NCBI GenBank assembly: GCA_017857595.1
Contig: JAFMCU010000002.1
Location: 458-64,457 of the forward strand
Source: Thermoprotei archaeon
GTDB taxonomy: Archaea; Thermoproteota; Thermoprotei; Gearchaeales; Gearchaeaceae
DNA length: 64,000 nucleotides
Reading direction: 5' to 3'
Shown here: positions 15,114-24,173 of the stretch, piece after piece
Layout: the number at the start of each line of letters is the position of its first letter
How positions within the stretch are numbered: position 1 is the first letter of the stretch
Position numbers and translations under genes: made by a program
The notes under the pieces: generated by a model
Seen by the model: the letters and a program-made list of their open reading frames with translations, nothing else
Told to the model about the DNA's origin: nothing
Database searches by the model: none

Positions 15114-15338
15114 TTAGCTAACTTCTTCTCCTTTAGGCGATGTCTTTTTGATTTCATATCTTACAAGTCTCGCTATGTAGCCTGCTAATACATTTCTCTC
15201 CTTTTTTGTTAATTTATTACCATATAATTTTCGCAATGATTCTTTTATATCCTCAAATTTGTTTTTGAATAAGTCTTTTCTTTTCTCAAATAGCAGATAT
15301 CCAATTCTTTTAATTTGTTTACTAACGACTCTTCCCAT
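15114..15338 (-). CDS. rps17e: 30S ribosomal protein S17e (eS17)
   Basis: 74 aa. MGRV..K.IKR......EK....F...F...K......NKLTKKERNVLAGYIARL matches eS17 (MGRVRTK..KLRNKIAGYVTHL). Confidence 0.8.
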   Translation of the reverse strand: MGRVVSKQIKRIGYLLFEKRKDLFKNKFEDIKESLRKLYGNKLTKKERNVLAGYIARLVRYEIKKTSPKGEEVS

Positions 15339-15362
15339 ATACTAAGATTCAATCCTTGAAGG

Positions 15363-15370
15363 TTTATAAA
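15363..15370 (-). promoter_or_regulatory. TATA-like box (TTTATAAA) candidate for rps17e
   Basis: Lies 25-32 nt upstream of the rps17e ATG (15338) in the divergent intergenic region. Confidence 0.3.
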
Positions 15371-15387
15371 AAATTAATCAAAAAAAG

Positions 15388-15395
15388 TTAAATAA
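15388..15395 (+). promoter_or_regulatory. TATA-like box (TTAAATAA) candidate for the thermosome gene
   Basis: Ends 32 nt upstream of the ATG at 15427. Confidence 0.3.
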
Positions 15396-15426
15396 TACAT
15401 CTAACAAATAGTAAAAATAGCTTAAC

Positions 15427-17085
15427 ATGGCGATCGCATCACCTTCTGCTGTAGTCCCTGTATTAATTTTAAAAGAGGGGTCTCAAAGAACAACTGGTTT
15501 CGAAGCATTAAGAGCAAATGTAGCAGCAGCTAGAGCAATAGCAGAAACAGTTAAAACATCATTAGGACCAAGAGGAATGGATAAAATGCTAGTAGACAGT
15601 ATAGGGGATATTACCATAACGAATGACGGTGCAACAATACTAAACGAAATTGAAGTGCAGCATCCAGCAGCTAAGCTATTAGTTCAAATATCTAAGACTT
15701 TAGATGATGAAGTAGGCGATGGAACTACTAGCGCAGTTGTTATAGCAGGTGAACTTTTAAGAGAAGGAGAAGCTTTGATAGAAAAGAATGTGCATCCGAC
15801 TCTTATTGTAACAGGATATAAAAAAGCTTTATCAAGAGCAAAGGAATTACTAGAAAAATATGCAATCAACGTTAATCCATATGATGATGAAATTTTGAAA
15901 AAAGTATGTTTAACTGCAATTCATGGTAAAGCTGTTGGTTCTGTTAGGGATTATTTAGCTGAAATATGTGTTAAGGCCGTTAAACAAGTAACTGAAGAAA
16001 GAGATGGACGAAGGATAGCTGACCTAGATAGAATACAGATTATTAAAAAACAAGGTGGAAGCTTATACGATACAAAATTAATAAATGGTATTGTCATAGA
16101 TAAAGAAGTTGTTCATCCAGGCATGCCTAAAAGGATTGAAAATGCAAGAATAGTACTTTTAGACGCTCCATTAGAAATAGAAAAACCTGAAATTGATGCC
16201 GAAATAAGGATTACAGACCCTGCACAGCTTAAGGCTTTCCTTGGAGAAGAAGAAAAAATATTAAGAAATATGATCGAAAAAATTAAATCACCTGAAATTA
16301 ATGCAAATGTTGTTTTCTGTCAAAAGGGTATCGACGATATAGCTCAACATTATCTAGCAAAGAGTGGTATTTTAGCTGTTAGAAGAGTTAAAAAGTCAGA
16401 CATGGAAAAATTAGCACTAGCAACAGGGGCAAAAATTGTAAGTAATATAGAAGATTTAACATCTTCAGATGTAGGAGAAGCTAAATTAGTTGAAGAAAGA
16501 AAGGTGGGAGAAGATAAAATGGTCTTTGTAGAAGGCTGTAAGAATCCAAAAGCAGTTAGTATTTTAATAAGAGGAGGATTAGAAAGATTGGTAGATGAAG
16601 CAGAGCGTTCAATAATTGACGGACTAAGTGTTGTTTCAGATGTTATTGAAGACCCAAGGATATGTATCGGCGGGGGTGCAATAGAGATAGAAATCGCAAA
16701 AGAATTAAGAGATTTTGCCAAAACAATTGGAGGAAGAGAACAATTAGCAATTGAAAGTTTCGCAACCGCATTAGAAGGTATACCAAGAGTGCTTGCAGAG
16801 AACGCAGGAGTGGATCCTATAGACGTACTAGCTGAGTTAAGAGCTATTCATACAAAACCAGACGGCAAATATTATGGAATAAATGGCTTAACTGGAAAAC
16901 CAGCCAATTTATATGAGCTAGGTATTGTAGAACCTTTCAATGTAAAGTTACAAGTTCTAACAGGAGCAACAGAAGCCGCTTCAACCATATTAAGGATAGA
17001 TGAAATTGTAGCAGCTTCCAAAATATCCAAAGAACCATCCACTAAACCCCCAAAGAGTGAGGAAGAAGAAAAAAGCAGCGATTAA
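15427..17085 (+). CDS. ths: Thermosome subunit (group II chaperonin)
   Basis: 552 aa. [31 protein letters not shown] and a C-terminal acidic tail. Confidence 0.95.
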   Translation: MAIASPSAVVPVLILKEGSQRTTGFEALRANVAAARAIAETVKTSLGPRGMDKMLVDSIGDITITNDGATILNEIEVQHPAAKLLVQISKTLDDEVGDGTTSAVVIAGELLREGEALIEKNVHPTLIVTGYKKALSRAKELLEKYAINVNPYDDEILKKVCLTAIHGKAVGSVRDYLAEICVKAVKQVTEERDGRRIADLDRIQIIKKQGGSLYDTKLINGIVIDKEVVHPGMPKRIENARIVLLDAPLEIEKPEIDAEIRITDPAQLKAFLGEEEKILRNMIEKIKSPEINANVVFCQKGIDDIAQHYLAKSGILAVRRVKKSDMEKLALATGAKIVSNIEDLTSSDVGEAKLVEERKVGEDKMVFVEGCKNPKAVSILIRGGLERLVDEAERSIIDGLSVVSDVIEDPRICIGGGAIEIEIAKELRDFAKTIGGREQLAIESFATALEGIPRVLAENAGVDPIDVLAELRAIHTKPDGKYYGINGLTGKPANLYELGIVEPFNVKLQVLTGATEAASTILRIDEIVAASKISKEPSTKPPKSEEEEKSSD

Positions 17086-17655
17086 TTGAATATTCTTATA
17101 ATAGGTACACCGGGCGTTGGAAAAACAACAATTTCTATTAAACTTTCTTTGGATTTTAAATTAAACTATTTTAATTTAAATACAATATTTTATTATTTTA
17201 ATATGTTTTCAGGTTTTGATAAAATTCGTAATTCTAGAATTATAAAAATAAATAAAAATAAAACTTTATTGATAAATTTTTTTAAAAAAATCACTAATTC
17301 CATTATAGATACTCATATAGACAATATACCATTTTCAAATATTGACGTTGTTTTTGTTATTCGTCGCAATCCTTTAGTTCTAATAGTTCAGCTTAAGAAG
17401 AAATATAAAGAGAAGAGAAAGATTATTGAAAATGTCGAGAGTGAATTCATAAATTTGATTTCTGATAGCATACATAGCAAATTTGATAAAAGAATACCAG
17501 TTTTAGATGTAGCATCATATAAACAGATTTATAAATCATTAAAAGACATTAGAATAACTAAAAAGGAGTCAACTAAAGTGATAGATTGGATTAGAATATT
17601 ATCTAAAACGAATGCTATTGATAAATATTACAAACATATTAACAATTTTAAATAA
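17086..17655 (+). CDS. Fap7/AK6-like P-loop NTPase (putative adenylate kinase-type)
   Basis: 189 aa. MNILIIGTPGVGKTTIS P-loop at the extreme N-terminus. TTG start immediately after the thermosome stop codon. Confidence 0.55.
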   Translation: MNILIIGTPGVGKTTISIKLSLDFKLNYFNLNTIFYYFNMFSGFDKIRNSRIIKINKNKTLLINFFKKITNSIIDTHIDNIPFSNIDVVFVIRRNPLVLIVQLKKKYKEKRKIIENVESEFINLISDSIHSKFDKRIPVLDVASYKQIYKSLKDIRITKKESTKVIDWIRILSKTNAIDKYYKHINNFK

Positions 17656-18784
17656 ATAATATATAATTATCATCTTTATTACAATTATTAATACCAAATA
17701 ATTTTATTATATAGACATAATTTAGATTAATAATTAGTAAAAACTCATCTGTTTTTGGTATCAAATTCTTTAGCTTTATCTTCTTTAGGGTATCTTCACT
17801 TAAGATCTCTATAATTTTGTTGTGCAGATCCATGTAGCTATCATATGATATCAACATTATGTTGAAATATCTCAGTAAGTCTAGTTTTACAATATCATCA
17901 GTGATATAGAAAAGAATTATATTTTTCATTTTCAATACGGTATTAAGCATATCATATAGTTGTAAATTGTATTTTTCTATATGATTAATTATCAAGGTAG
18001 GAATGTTTAATATGAATATTATCTCATCTTTCATAAAGTAAATATAATATAAAATGATATAGAGAAGCATTAATTTAAAGTTGATTTCCAAATTAGATGA
18101 AAGTGGAATTATAAATATTTCTTGCTGATCTGCATCTACTTTACTTATTTTAATATTTTGTACTATTAAGTTATCAATTTTACTTAACTTACTTATTATT
18201 GAATACCTAGTTTCATTTTCAAAAGGGGTTCTAAGCATCAGATTCTTAACGCTTGATATTATCATTTTAAAATCAATTATTTCTTCATTCGGTGTATCAA
18301 ATAAATTATTTAATACATTGTAAAATAACGATGATTCCATATTAGAAAAGTCACATACAGTTTTAATTGTGTCTGTTATGAACTTTGATATTGTACTCTT
18401 ATCTATATAAAATAATTTACTTATAATATAATTGATATTTTTAATCAACAAAATATTAACTGACTGATCGTCTAAACCTAATATTATGTTATTCCAATCG
18501 AAAATTATAATTTTTTTATCTTTATATTTTAATAATATATAATTTATAAATTTCTTAATCTTATCATTTTTATCATATATTATATATAAATGACTATACT
18601 TTTTATAATTAATATCTACACTCCTATTTAGTTGATCATTAAAGCCTATTCTCAAAGCGTGGCTTAATTCGTTGCATATTAAAATAGAATATTCAAAAAT
18701 ATTGTCAAATACTTTACATAGTAATATGACACCTTCAATGTTATGATTTATATCTTTTTTCGCTCTTTTTATTATGTTAAGCAT
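17648..18784 (-). CDS. Hypothetical protein, last gene of the pilus-like operon
   Basis: 378 aa, N/I/K-rich, with no motif I recognise and no Walker A. Overlaps the upstream gene by 13 nt. Confidence 0.4.
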   Translation of the reverse strand: MLNIIKRAKKDINHNIEGVILLCKVFDNIFEYSILICNELSHALRIGFNDQLNRSVDINYKKYSHLYIIYDKNDKIKKFINYILLKYKDKKIIIFDWNNIILGLDDQSVNILLIKNINYIISKLFYIDKSTISKFITDTIKTVCDFSNMESSLFYNVLNNLFDTPNEEIIDFKMIISSVKNLMLRTPFENETRYSIISKLSKIDNLIVQNIKISKVDADQQEIFIIPLSSNLEINFKLMLLYIILYYIYFMKDEIIFILNIPTLIINHIEKYNLQLYDMLNTVLKMKNIILFYITDDIVKLDLLRYFNIMLISYDSYMDLHNKIIEILSEDTLKKIKLKNLIPKTDEFLLIINLNYVYIIKLFGINNCNKDDNYILFI

Positions 18785-19179
18785 TCAAAAAAATCATAAA
18801 TTAGGCGGTTAATTTTACTATTTTTTAGGCACTCAATTTTTTTACCGAACACTGCTTCAAGTTTTATTTTTACATTTTCGAATGCGTTTTCAATATTTGA
18901 AGGATTTTTGAAAAGAGATTTTGTCCATACTAACGCATATAGTCTTGGTTCATTGCCATAATCTTTAACATTTAAATTAGTACCTGTAAAGAAAATTATA
19001 TTAAGTTTAAGATCTTGTGCATCTTTTATACAAGACATTAAAATTTCTCTATTAATTTGGTTTATTGATTCAGATGTTATAATAAGGATCATGATAAAAA
19101 AATAAATGGCTTTATTCCTTTTTCTTATGAAATGAATATTTTTGTTATAATGTATAAATTTTAAGTTATTCCAATCCAT
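18772..19179 (-). CDS. Hypothetical protein with an N-terminal hydrophobic segment (possible minor pilin-like)
   Basis: 135 aa. RKRNKA-IYFFIMILIITSE could be a class III signal peptide plus hydrophobic helix. This is a weak call. Confidence 0.35.
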   Translation of the reverse strand: MDWNNLKFIHYNKNIHFIRKRNKAIYFFIMILIITSESINQINREILMSCIKDAQDLKLNIIFFTGTNLNVKDYGNEPRLYALVWTKSLFKNPSNIENAFENVKIKLEAVFGKKIECLKNSKINRLIYDFFECLT

Positions 19180-19394
19180 TTGGCTATTTGAGTTAATATA
19201 TTAGTGATTTGGTTGAGGATATTGCTCATATTGTTACCTACATTATTAAACATGTTAGAATAATAACCCTTTAAGCCAAGTAGTACTCCTGCAACTATAC
19301 TTAGAACTATTGAAAATGCAACTGCTGCTACCCCTAATAGCAAACCTTCTTCAAGTATAGGCGAACCTCTTCTCTTTTTAATGTTTATTTTCAT
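19161..19394 (-). CDS. Short type IV pilin-like protein (Flp/Epd-like) with a class III signal peptide
   Basis: 77 aa. MKINIKKRRG-SPILEEGLLLGVAAVAFSIVLSIVAGVLLGL has a basic leader, Gly at -1, Glu at +5 and a ~25-aa hydrophobic helix, followed by an amphipathic C-terminal helix. Confidence 0.6.
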   Translation of the reverse strand: MKINIKKRRGSPILEEGLLLGVAAVAFSIVLSIVAGVLLGLKGYYSNMFNNVGNNMSNILNQITNILTQIAKWIGIT

Positions 19395-19420
19395 TTCAAA
19401 TAATTTTTAGTATTTAGTAT

Positions 19421-20071
19421 TTAAGCTACTATATGTAATAAAGTAAAAAACAAAATGGTTTGAATTAAAAAATAGGTCACTGATGAAAAAATTTCATGCT
19501 TAATAATGTTTGAGTAGCCATAAATTATTCTCATTATAAAAAATACAATAATAACAGTTAATATGTAATAATAAGTTATAATATAAATGTTAGGTATTAT
19601 TAAGCTTAATAAATATGTATTTTTTTCACTTAGTAAAAAATTATGGCTAACAATTGTAAAATTAATGAGCCAAGGTAAAATTCCGTATATTAAGGCCAAA
19701 GAGAAATTTAAGAGTAGTAGTTTTTTTTCTAAAGAATTGAAATAATTCGTAATTTCTTCAAATGCCTGATTTATTTCATATAATGAATTAAATATTTTAT
19801 CAATACTTTGCTTAACCTTTCTAGCTATGTTAGGTAAATCAGTTATTAACTCAATAATTTCATAGTAATCTCTATAATTTTTTTGTGTAATCTTGAGTAA
19901 TTTATTAGCAGGTACGCCTTTTTTCAATAAGCTTATTTCAGCATCCATCTCTTTTTTCAAAAGGGGGTTATACTTAATACTTTCTAGTATTATTTTTTCT
20001 AAGCTGTATACACTGTATTTCCCTATTATTTGTGCTAATAGAAATCCTATTATTCTTCTATTCTTTTTCAT
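19421..20071 (-). CDS. Single-domain T2SSF-type pilus platform membrane protein (TadC/FlaJ-half-like)
   Basis: 216 aa. A cytoplasmic helical region (EISLLKKGVPANKLLK...) is followed by predicted TM helices. Confidence 0.5.
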   Translation of the reverse strand: MKKNRRIIGFLLAQIIGKYSVYSLEKIILESIKYNPLLKKEMDAEISLLKKGVPANKLLKITQKNYRDYYEIIELITDLPNIARKVKQSIDKIFNSLYEINQAFEEITNYFNSLEKKLLLLNFSLALIYGILPWLINFTIVSHNFLLSEKNTYLLSLIIPNIYIITYYYILTVIIVFFIMRIIYGYSNIIKHEIFSSVTYFLIQTILFFTLLHIVA

Positions 20072-20564
20072 TATTTATTTTCCTCTTATATTTCATAGAC
20101 ATATAAAATATAATTATAACTAATATTATCACATAATACTGCATATTTATATTATAGAAAATAATAAATAAAATAACTATAAATGGTATAAAATAAAACA
20201 TTATCATTATTATTGTAATAAATATATTAATTTTATCCATCATATCTATAAATTTGATTTTATATGAATATATTATATTACTAAATTTATTATAATCTAG
20301 ATTACCTTTGAAATAATAATCATTAACAATTTGCATTAAATCACTTGCGTTTATTTTATTTAAATAGTAAGATATTATTTTATAGTTATCTATGCCCTTA
20401 TTTATTAATCTAAATAAATCATAATTTTTATGATTACTAATAATGAATGTAATATAGCTGTATAAAGTATGTTTTGATGATTTCAATAGCAAATACTTTA
20501 ATATTAGAATTACGAATAATATTTTTCTGCTTTGAACTATCTCTAACTCATTTATATATACCAT
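20058..20564 (-). CDS. Single-domain T2SSF-type pilus platform membrane protein (TadB/FlaJ-half-like)
   Basis: 168 aa. One N-terminal TM helix, a helical region LFRLINKGIDNYKIISYYL..GNLDYNKFSN, then C-terminal TM helices. Confidence 0.45.
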   Translation of the reverse strand: MVYINELEIVQSRKILFVILILKYLLLKSSKHTLYSYITFIISNHKNYDLFRLINKGIDNYKIISYYLNKINASDLMQIVNDYYFKGNLDYNKFSNIIYSYKIKFIDMMDKINIFITIIMIMFYFIPFIVILFIIFYNINMQYYVIILVIIIFYMSMKYKRKINNEKE

Positions 20565-20566
20565 TG

Positions 20567-22276
20567 TTAACTAACCATTAAATTATTATATATTATGTCT
20601 ATGTCATCTCGTAATTTATTGAATTTGAGTTTATCGTTAATTTTATTAGATTGTAGTATGCCGTTCTCAAGGCTTAAATTATTAATATCGTATATTTTAA
20701 TAAGTTCTGTGTTATCTTTATCTTTATTCCAATTTATTTCGTATATGCATTTTAATTTTCTAAGTATTTTATTATTATCAAACGATCTTTCCATGTAAAC
20801 AATCAGATCTAGAGAAGGAATGCAAGATGGGTGTATATTATGCTGTATTATCCATCTATTTATTAATTCTTGAACAGACGCTGCATGGCATGTCATAATT
20901 CCTTTTAGCCCAGCTAATAGTGCATGAAATACTGCTTGAGAATGTTCTTTTGTCTGAATTTCTCCAAAAAATATCCAATCTGGAGAACGATGTAACATTT
21001 TTACGATTTCTTTACTTTTAGTTGAATATTTGTCTGAAACATCTATAGAGCTAGCTTTTATGAATAAACTTTTCTCTTTTTTAATAAACGCATAAACTTC
21101 TTCTACATCTTCAATAAATACTTTTCTCCAATAATTAGGTAAATGTTCAGAGATTGCATACGCTAAAGTAGTTTTACCGCTGTTTGGTTCTCCACATATA
21201 GCAATAGAAAATCTATTTCTAGCAGAATAAATTAAAAATGCAGCTACTTTGGGTTCTATACTATTTAATTTTATTAAATCGTGCATATTTAGCATTTTTT
21301 TATTAAATTTACGTACGTCTATTGCTGTATCTGTTACAATAGGAAAGACATCTATAGCTATTCTTAAGTTTATGTTCTCATCAAGAATATTTAATTTGAC
21401 TGAAGGATTGCTCAGATTTATTTCTTCACCGCTAATAATGCTAATTGCAGTCTTTAATTTTTCTACGTCAGTAGAAGTTAAAAATACATTAGTATCGCAT
21501 CTGCCAAATTTTACATGATCAATATATACCCAACTATTTTCTTTATCTAAATATATTTCTTGAATATCTGTATCTTCAAGCAATGTGAAAAATCTTCTAA
21601 GATTATTGCTTAACCCAGCAACATCTTCAATAAGTCTTAATTTATGAAATTTTAATGTAGATTTATTTATTCTTTCATTTTCTACATTTACAATGTAAAG
21701 ATAGTTCTCTCCTTTTTTAATCAGCTTTATAGTTGAAAAAAGCAAAGGTTTTATCTCATGAACTTTATCTGTAGTTACATACCAATCTTCATCTAGTGTG
21801 ATATCTGGTTCAAAAACTCTTTCATAAACTTTATCAAATTCATATCCCATTTCTAAATAAAGTGCTATTTCTCGCAAAATTTTAATAGGTGCTCCATATA
21901 ATTCTCGCTCTAAAATTTTTTTTCTAAATGTTTCATTTTCAAATAAAAATTCAGCAGGTTCAAATAAAATCCGAGTTATTTCATCTTTCTTAATTTTCAA
22001 AAAGTATTTATAAAATAAAAAAAATTTTTTAGAATTAAAAAAATCTAATAATTTTTTATAAGATAATATTATGCTCTCATTATATGATTTTTTTATTCTA
22101 TTATTAGAAAAGCACAGTCTAACAGCTTTAATGCTTAATGTGTTTAAAATAGTTAAAGTTTTTTGCCTACAATATATATTTTTTTCTAATCCTATTTGAT
22201 TATCTTCTAAAGGGCAGATAAATTTAAGAAGGTTACTTCTCCTAAAACAACTACAATATTCACATTTACTTCTCAT
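20567..22276 (-). CDS. Type II/IV secretion-family ATPase (FlaI/PilB/TadA/VirB11 T2SSE superfamily)
   Basis: 569 aa. Walker A CGEPNSGKTT, Walker B region RSPDWIFFGEI, His box GIMTCHAAS and the upstream ...AIDVRKF motif. The N-terminal ~230 aa domain starts with a Cys cluster. Confidence 0.8.
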   Translation of the reverse strand: MRSKCEYCSCFRRSNLLKFICPLEDNQIGLEKNIYCRQKTLTILNTLSIKAVRLCFSNNRIKKSYNESIILSYKKLLDFFNSKKFFLFYKYFLKIKKDEITRILFEPAEFLFENETFRKKILERELYGAPIKILREIALYLEMGYEFDKVYERVFEPDITLDEDWYVTTDKVHEIKPLLFSTIKLIKKGENYLYIVNVENERINKSTLKFHKLRLIEDVAGLSNNLRRFFTLLEDTDIQEIYLDKENSWVYIDHVKFGRCDTNVFLTSTDVEKLKTAISIISGEEINLSNPSVKLNILDENINLRIAIDVFPIVTDTAIDVRKFNKKMLNMHDLIKLNSIEPKVAAFLIYSARNRFSIAICGEPNSGKTTLAYAISEHLPNYWRKVFIEDVEEVYAFIKKEKSLFIKASSIDVSDKYSTKSKEIVKMLHRSPDWIFFGEIQTKEHSQAVFHALLAGLKGIMTCHAASVQELINRWIIQHNIHPSCIPSLDLIVYMERSFDNNKILRKLKCIYEINWNKDKDNTELIKIYDINNLSLENGILQSNKINDKLKFNKLRDDIDIIYNNLMVS

Positions 22277-22637
22277 TTGATTTCTTTAAAAGAAATGGTA
22301 AATTATCGTTAATAATAGAAAATAGGTTATTGGTTTTATTATCTACCTCTGTGACCTTCTTCTCTATGTTATCCATTCTGCTTTTTAATGAGTTCAGTGT
22401 AGCTTTTACATTTGCAAGATCAAAACTTAAGCTTAGTATATCTTTTTCTAACGTAGCTAAATCAGAGTATTGCTCATCATCTTTCTCAACATTTTGAGGT
22501 TCCACATCTTTTAGTAACTCATTTATCTTGTTATTATCAACACCAAAATTTTCCAATAATTTTTTAATTATGTTAACATCTATTTTGTTATCTATCAGAA
22601 TTTTGACAAATTTTTCTAATTCTATTTTGTATGGCAT
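22266..22637 (-). CDS. Coiled-coil protein of unknown function
   Basis: 123 aa. Acidic linker plus heptad-like LATLEKDILSLSFDLANVKATLNSLKSRMDNIEKKVTEVD. Overlaps both neighbouring genes. Confidence 0.45.
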   Translation of the reverse strand: MPYKIELEKFVKILIDNKIDVNIIKKLLENFGVDNNKINELLKDVEPQNVEKDDEQYSDLATLEKDILSLSFDLANVKATLNSLKSRMDNIEKKVTEVDNKTNNLFSIINDNLPFLLKKSNEK

Positions 22638-23599
22638 TTTTCCTTTATTAATGCTAGAATGAAGGGTAGATTATCACGTATGGAAAATTCTGGTATCTCA
22701 CAAATTTTTGATACGTTTTTTTGGCTTAATAAAGGTCTTATATAAAGTCTTTCAGCTACAACCTTATTTGCTAAATATAGTATTGTTGCTGCCAAAACTA
22801 AAGGACTTTTACCTTGTATTTTCACAGGGTCAAGTTTACTTATTATATCTATTGCTTCCTTTTTAATTAAGTTTAAAACTACCTTAGCCGGTATCTTATT
22901 GTTCATATTTTCTTCATAATCTTTATGCAAGTCTGACTCTTTCTGAATAAAGTTAATGTATCTTTCAAGGTAGGTTTTTAACATATATTCATAAGAAATA
23001 GGCTTATCTATCAATTTCTTATTAATGATTGAAGCGCACCATGCTATATTGCTTTTAACTACACGATGACCAATTTTTCTATACACTCTAACTATTTCAT
23101 CAAGGCTCATAACTTTGTTTCCGCCATATATTCTGCTAGTTATAAGTAAGCATGCCGCTGATATTGTGGGCTGAGTGAATTTTAATGCTAATGATTTAAA
23201 TAATTTTATAGACTTGATATAAAGGGTCAATGAATTAATAGCCAACTGTCTGCTGAATCCTATTTCTGAACAAATTTGCATTAAATTGTTTAGTATTTCA
23301 CTGTTTACTTTTATTGTAGCTTGAAACGCTTTCAATTTGTCGTCCAACTTTTTCATCGTATATAAATAACGTTGAATATTCTCGTTTGGTATCTTGTTTT
23401 GAAAATCTTTAAACACATATGAATTCATTAATAATTTACCACCTAAAGGAACGCTAGGTAAACTATTTCCATCATCGTCAATTTTTTCTTCATTCAAAAT
23501 CATTTGATCATAATCAATTAAACCGCACTGTGTACAAACTAGCTTATTATCATTATTAATTAGCATGGAACCACATTCTCTACATTTATTCGTATTCAT
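22622..23599 (-). CDS. tfb: Transcription initiation factor TFB (TFIIB) homologue, divergent B-reader/linker
   Basis: N-terminal ribbon CRECGS..LVCTQCGLI and two cyclin-like repeats (PTISAACLLITSRIYG; GKSPLVLAATILYLA). I prefer the ATG at 23599. The track start at 23608 is a TTG. Confidence 0.75.
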   Translation of the reverse strand: MNTNKCRECGSMLINNDNKLVCTQCGLIDYDQMILNEEKIDDDGNSLPSVPLGGKLLMNSYVFKDFQNKIPNENIQRYLYTMKKLDDKLKAFQATIKVNSEILNNLMQICSEIGFSRQLAINSLTLYIKSIKLFKSLALKFTQPTISAACLLITSRIYGGNKVMSLDEIVRVYRKIGHRVVKSNIAWCASIINKKLIDKPISYEYMLKTYLERYINFIQKESDLHKDYEENMNNKIPAKVVLNLIKKEAIDIISKLDPVKIQGKSPLVLAATILYLANKVVAERLYIRPLLSQKNVSKICEIPEFSIRDNLPFILALIKEKCHTK

Positions 23600-23629
23600 T
23601 CTCTTCAAGAAAGCTTTGATAATTATGGA

Positions 23630-23637
23630 TTAAAAAT
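23630..23637 (-). promoter_or_regulatory. TATA-like box (minus strand reads ATTTTTAA) candidate for the tfb operon
   Basis: Lies 31-38 nt upstream of the ATG at 23599. Confidence 0.3.
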
Positions 23638-23753
23638 GACTACGATGCTTAGTAGAACTGTGGTTTATTAATAGAAAATTTTAGACGAATTTTTTTACTA
23701 TGTAAGAGTCAATCGAAAGTATTAATTATTATTTGTAATATTATTGAATTATT

Positions 23754-24170
23754 ATGTCTCTCGCATTTAAAAATAGAGTAATTAACGAATTATTAAATTT
23801 GGTAGATAAGGAAGTTGAGGTTGTAACTGTACAAGGAAAGTCCTATAAAGGTAAAATTGTAGGTATAGAACCTGAATCTTTCAATGTAGTTTTGTCTGAT
23901 GCTAAAGATGCAGAGAATAATTCGTATCCTTTAATAGCTTTACATGGAACTGTTGTAGGCGAAATTAAACTTTTGGGGCAATATTACAATCTAAAAGAAT
24001 TAGCTGATAAACTTGAAAAAATATTCCCTAGATTAGTATCTTATGATGAATCTTCTAAAATCATTATAGTAGCTGATAAAATTAAGGTTCATCGAGACGG
24101 TACTGTTGAAGGAACCGGACCATTAGCCGATAAGGTTAGAGCTGCTTGTAATGAATTTTTTAAGCAATAA
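23754..24170 (+). CDS. Sm-like (LSm) domain protein with a C-terminal extension (SmAP3-like)
   Basis: 138 aa. Sm fold pattern LLNLVDKEVEVVTVQGKSYKGKIVGIEPESFNVVLSDA...LHGTVVGEIKL. Confidence 0.5.
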   Translation: MSLAFKNRVINELLNLVDKEVEVVTVQGKSYKGKIVGIEPESFNVVLSDAKDAENNSYPLIALHGTVVGEIKLLGQYYNLKELADKLEKIFPRLVSYDESSKIIIVADKIKVHRDGTVEGTGPLADKVRAACNEFFKQ

Positions 24171-24173
24171 TTA

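Noticed and set aside
17648-23608. Interpreting the pilus-like operon as an archaellum (fla/arl) locus
   Set aside because: There is no archaellin-sized FlaB (the pilin is only 77 aa), no FlaH (KaiC-like P-loop) and no recognisable FlaG/FlaF/FlaX. The platform protein is split into two small genes rather than a single FlaJ.
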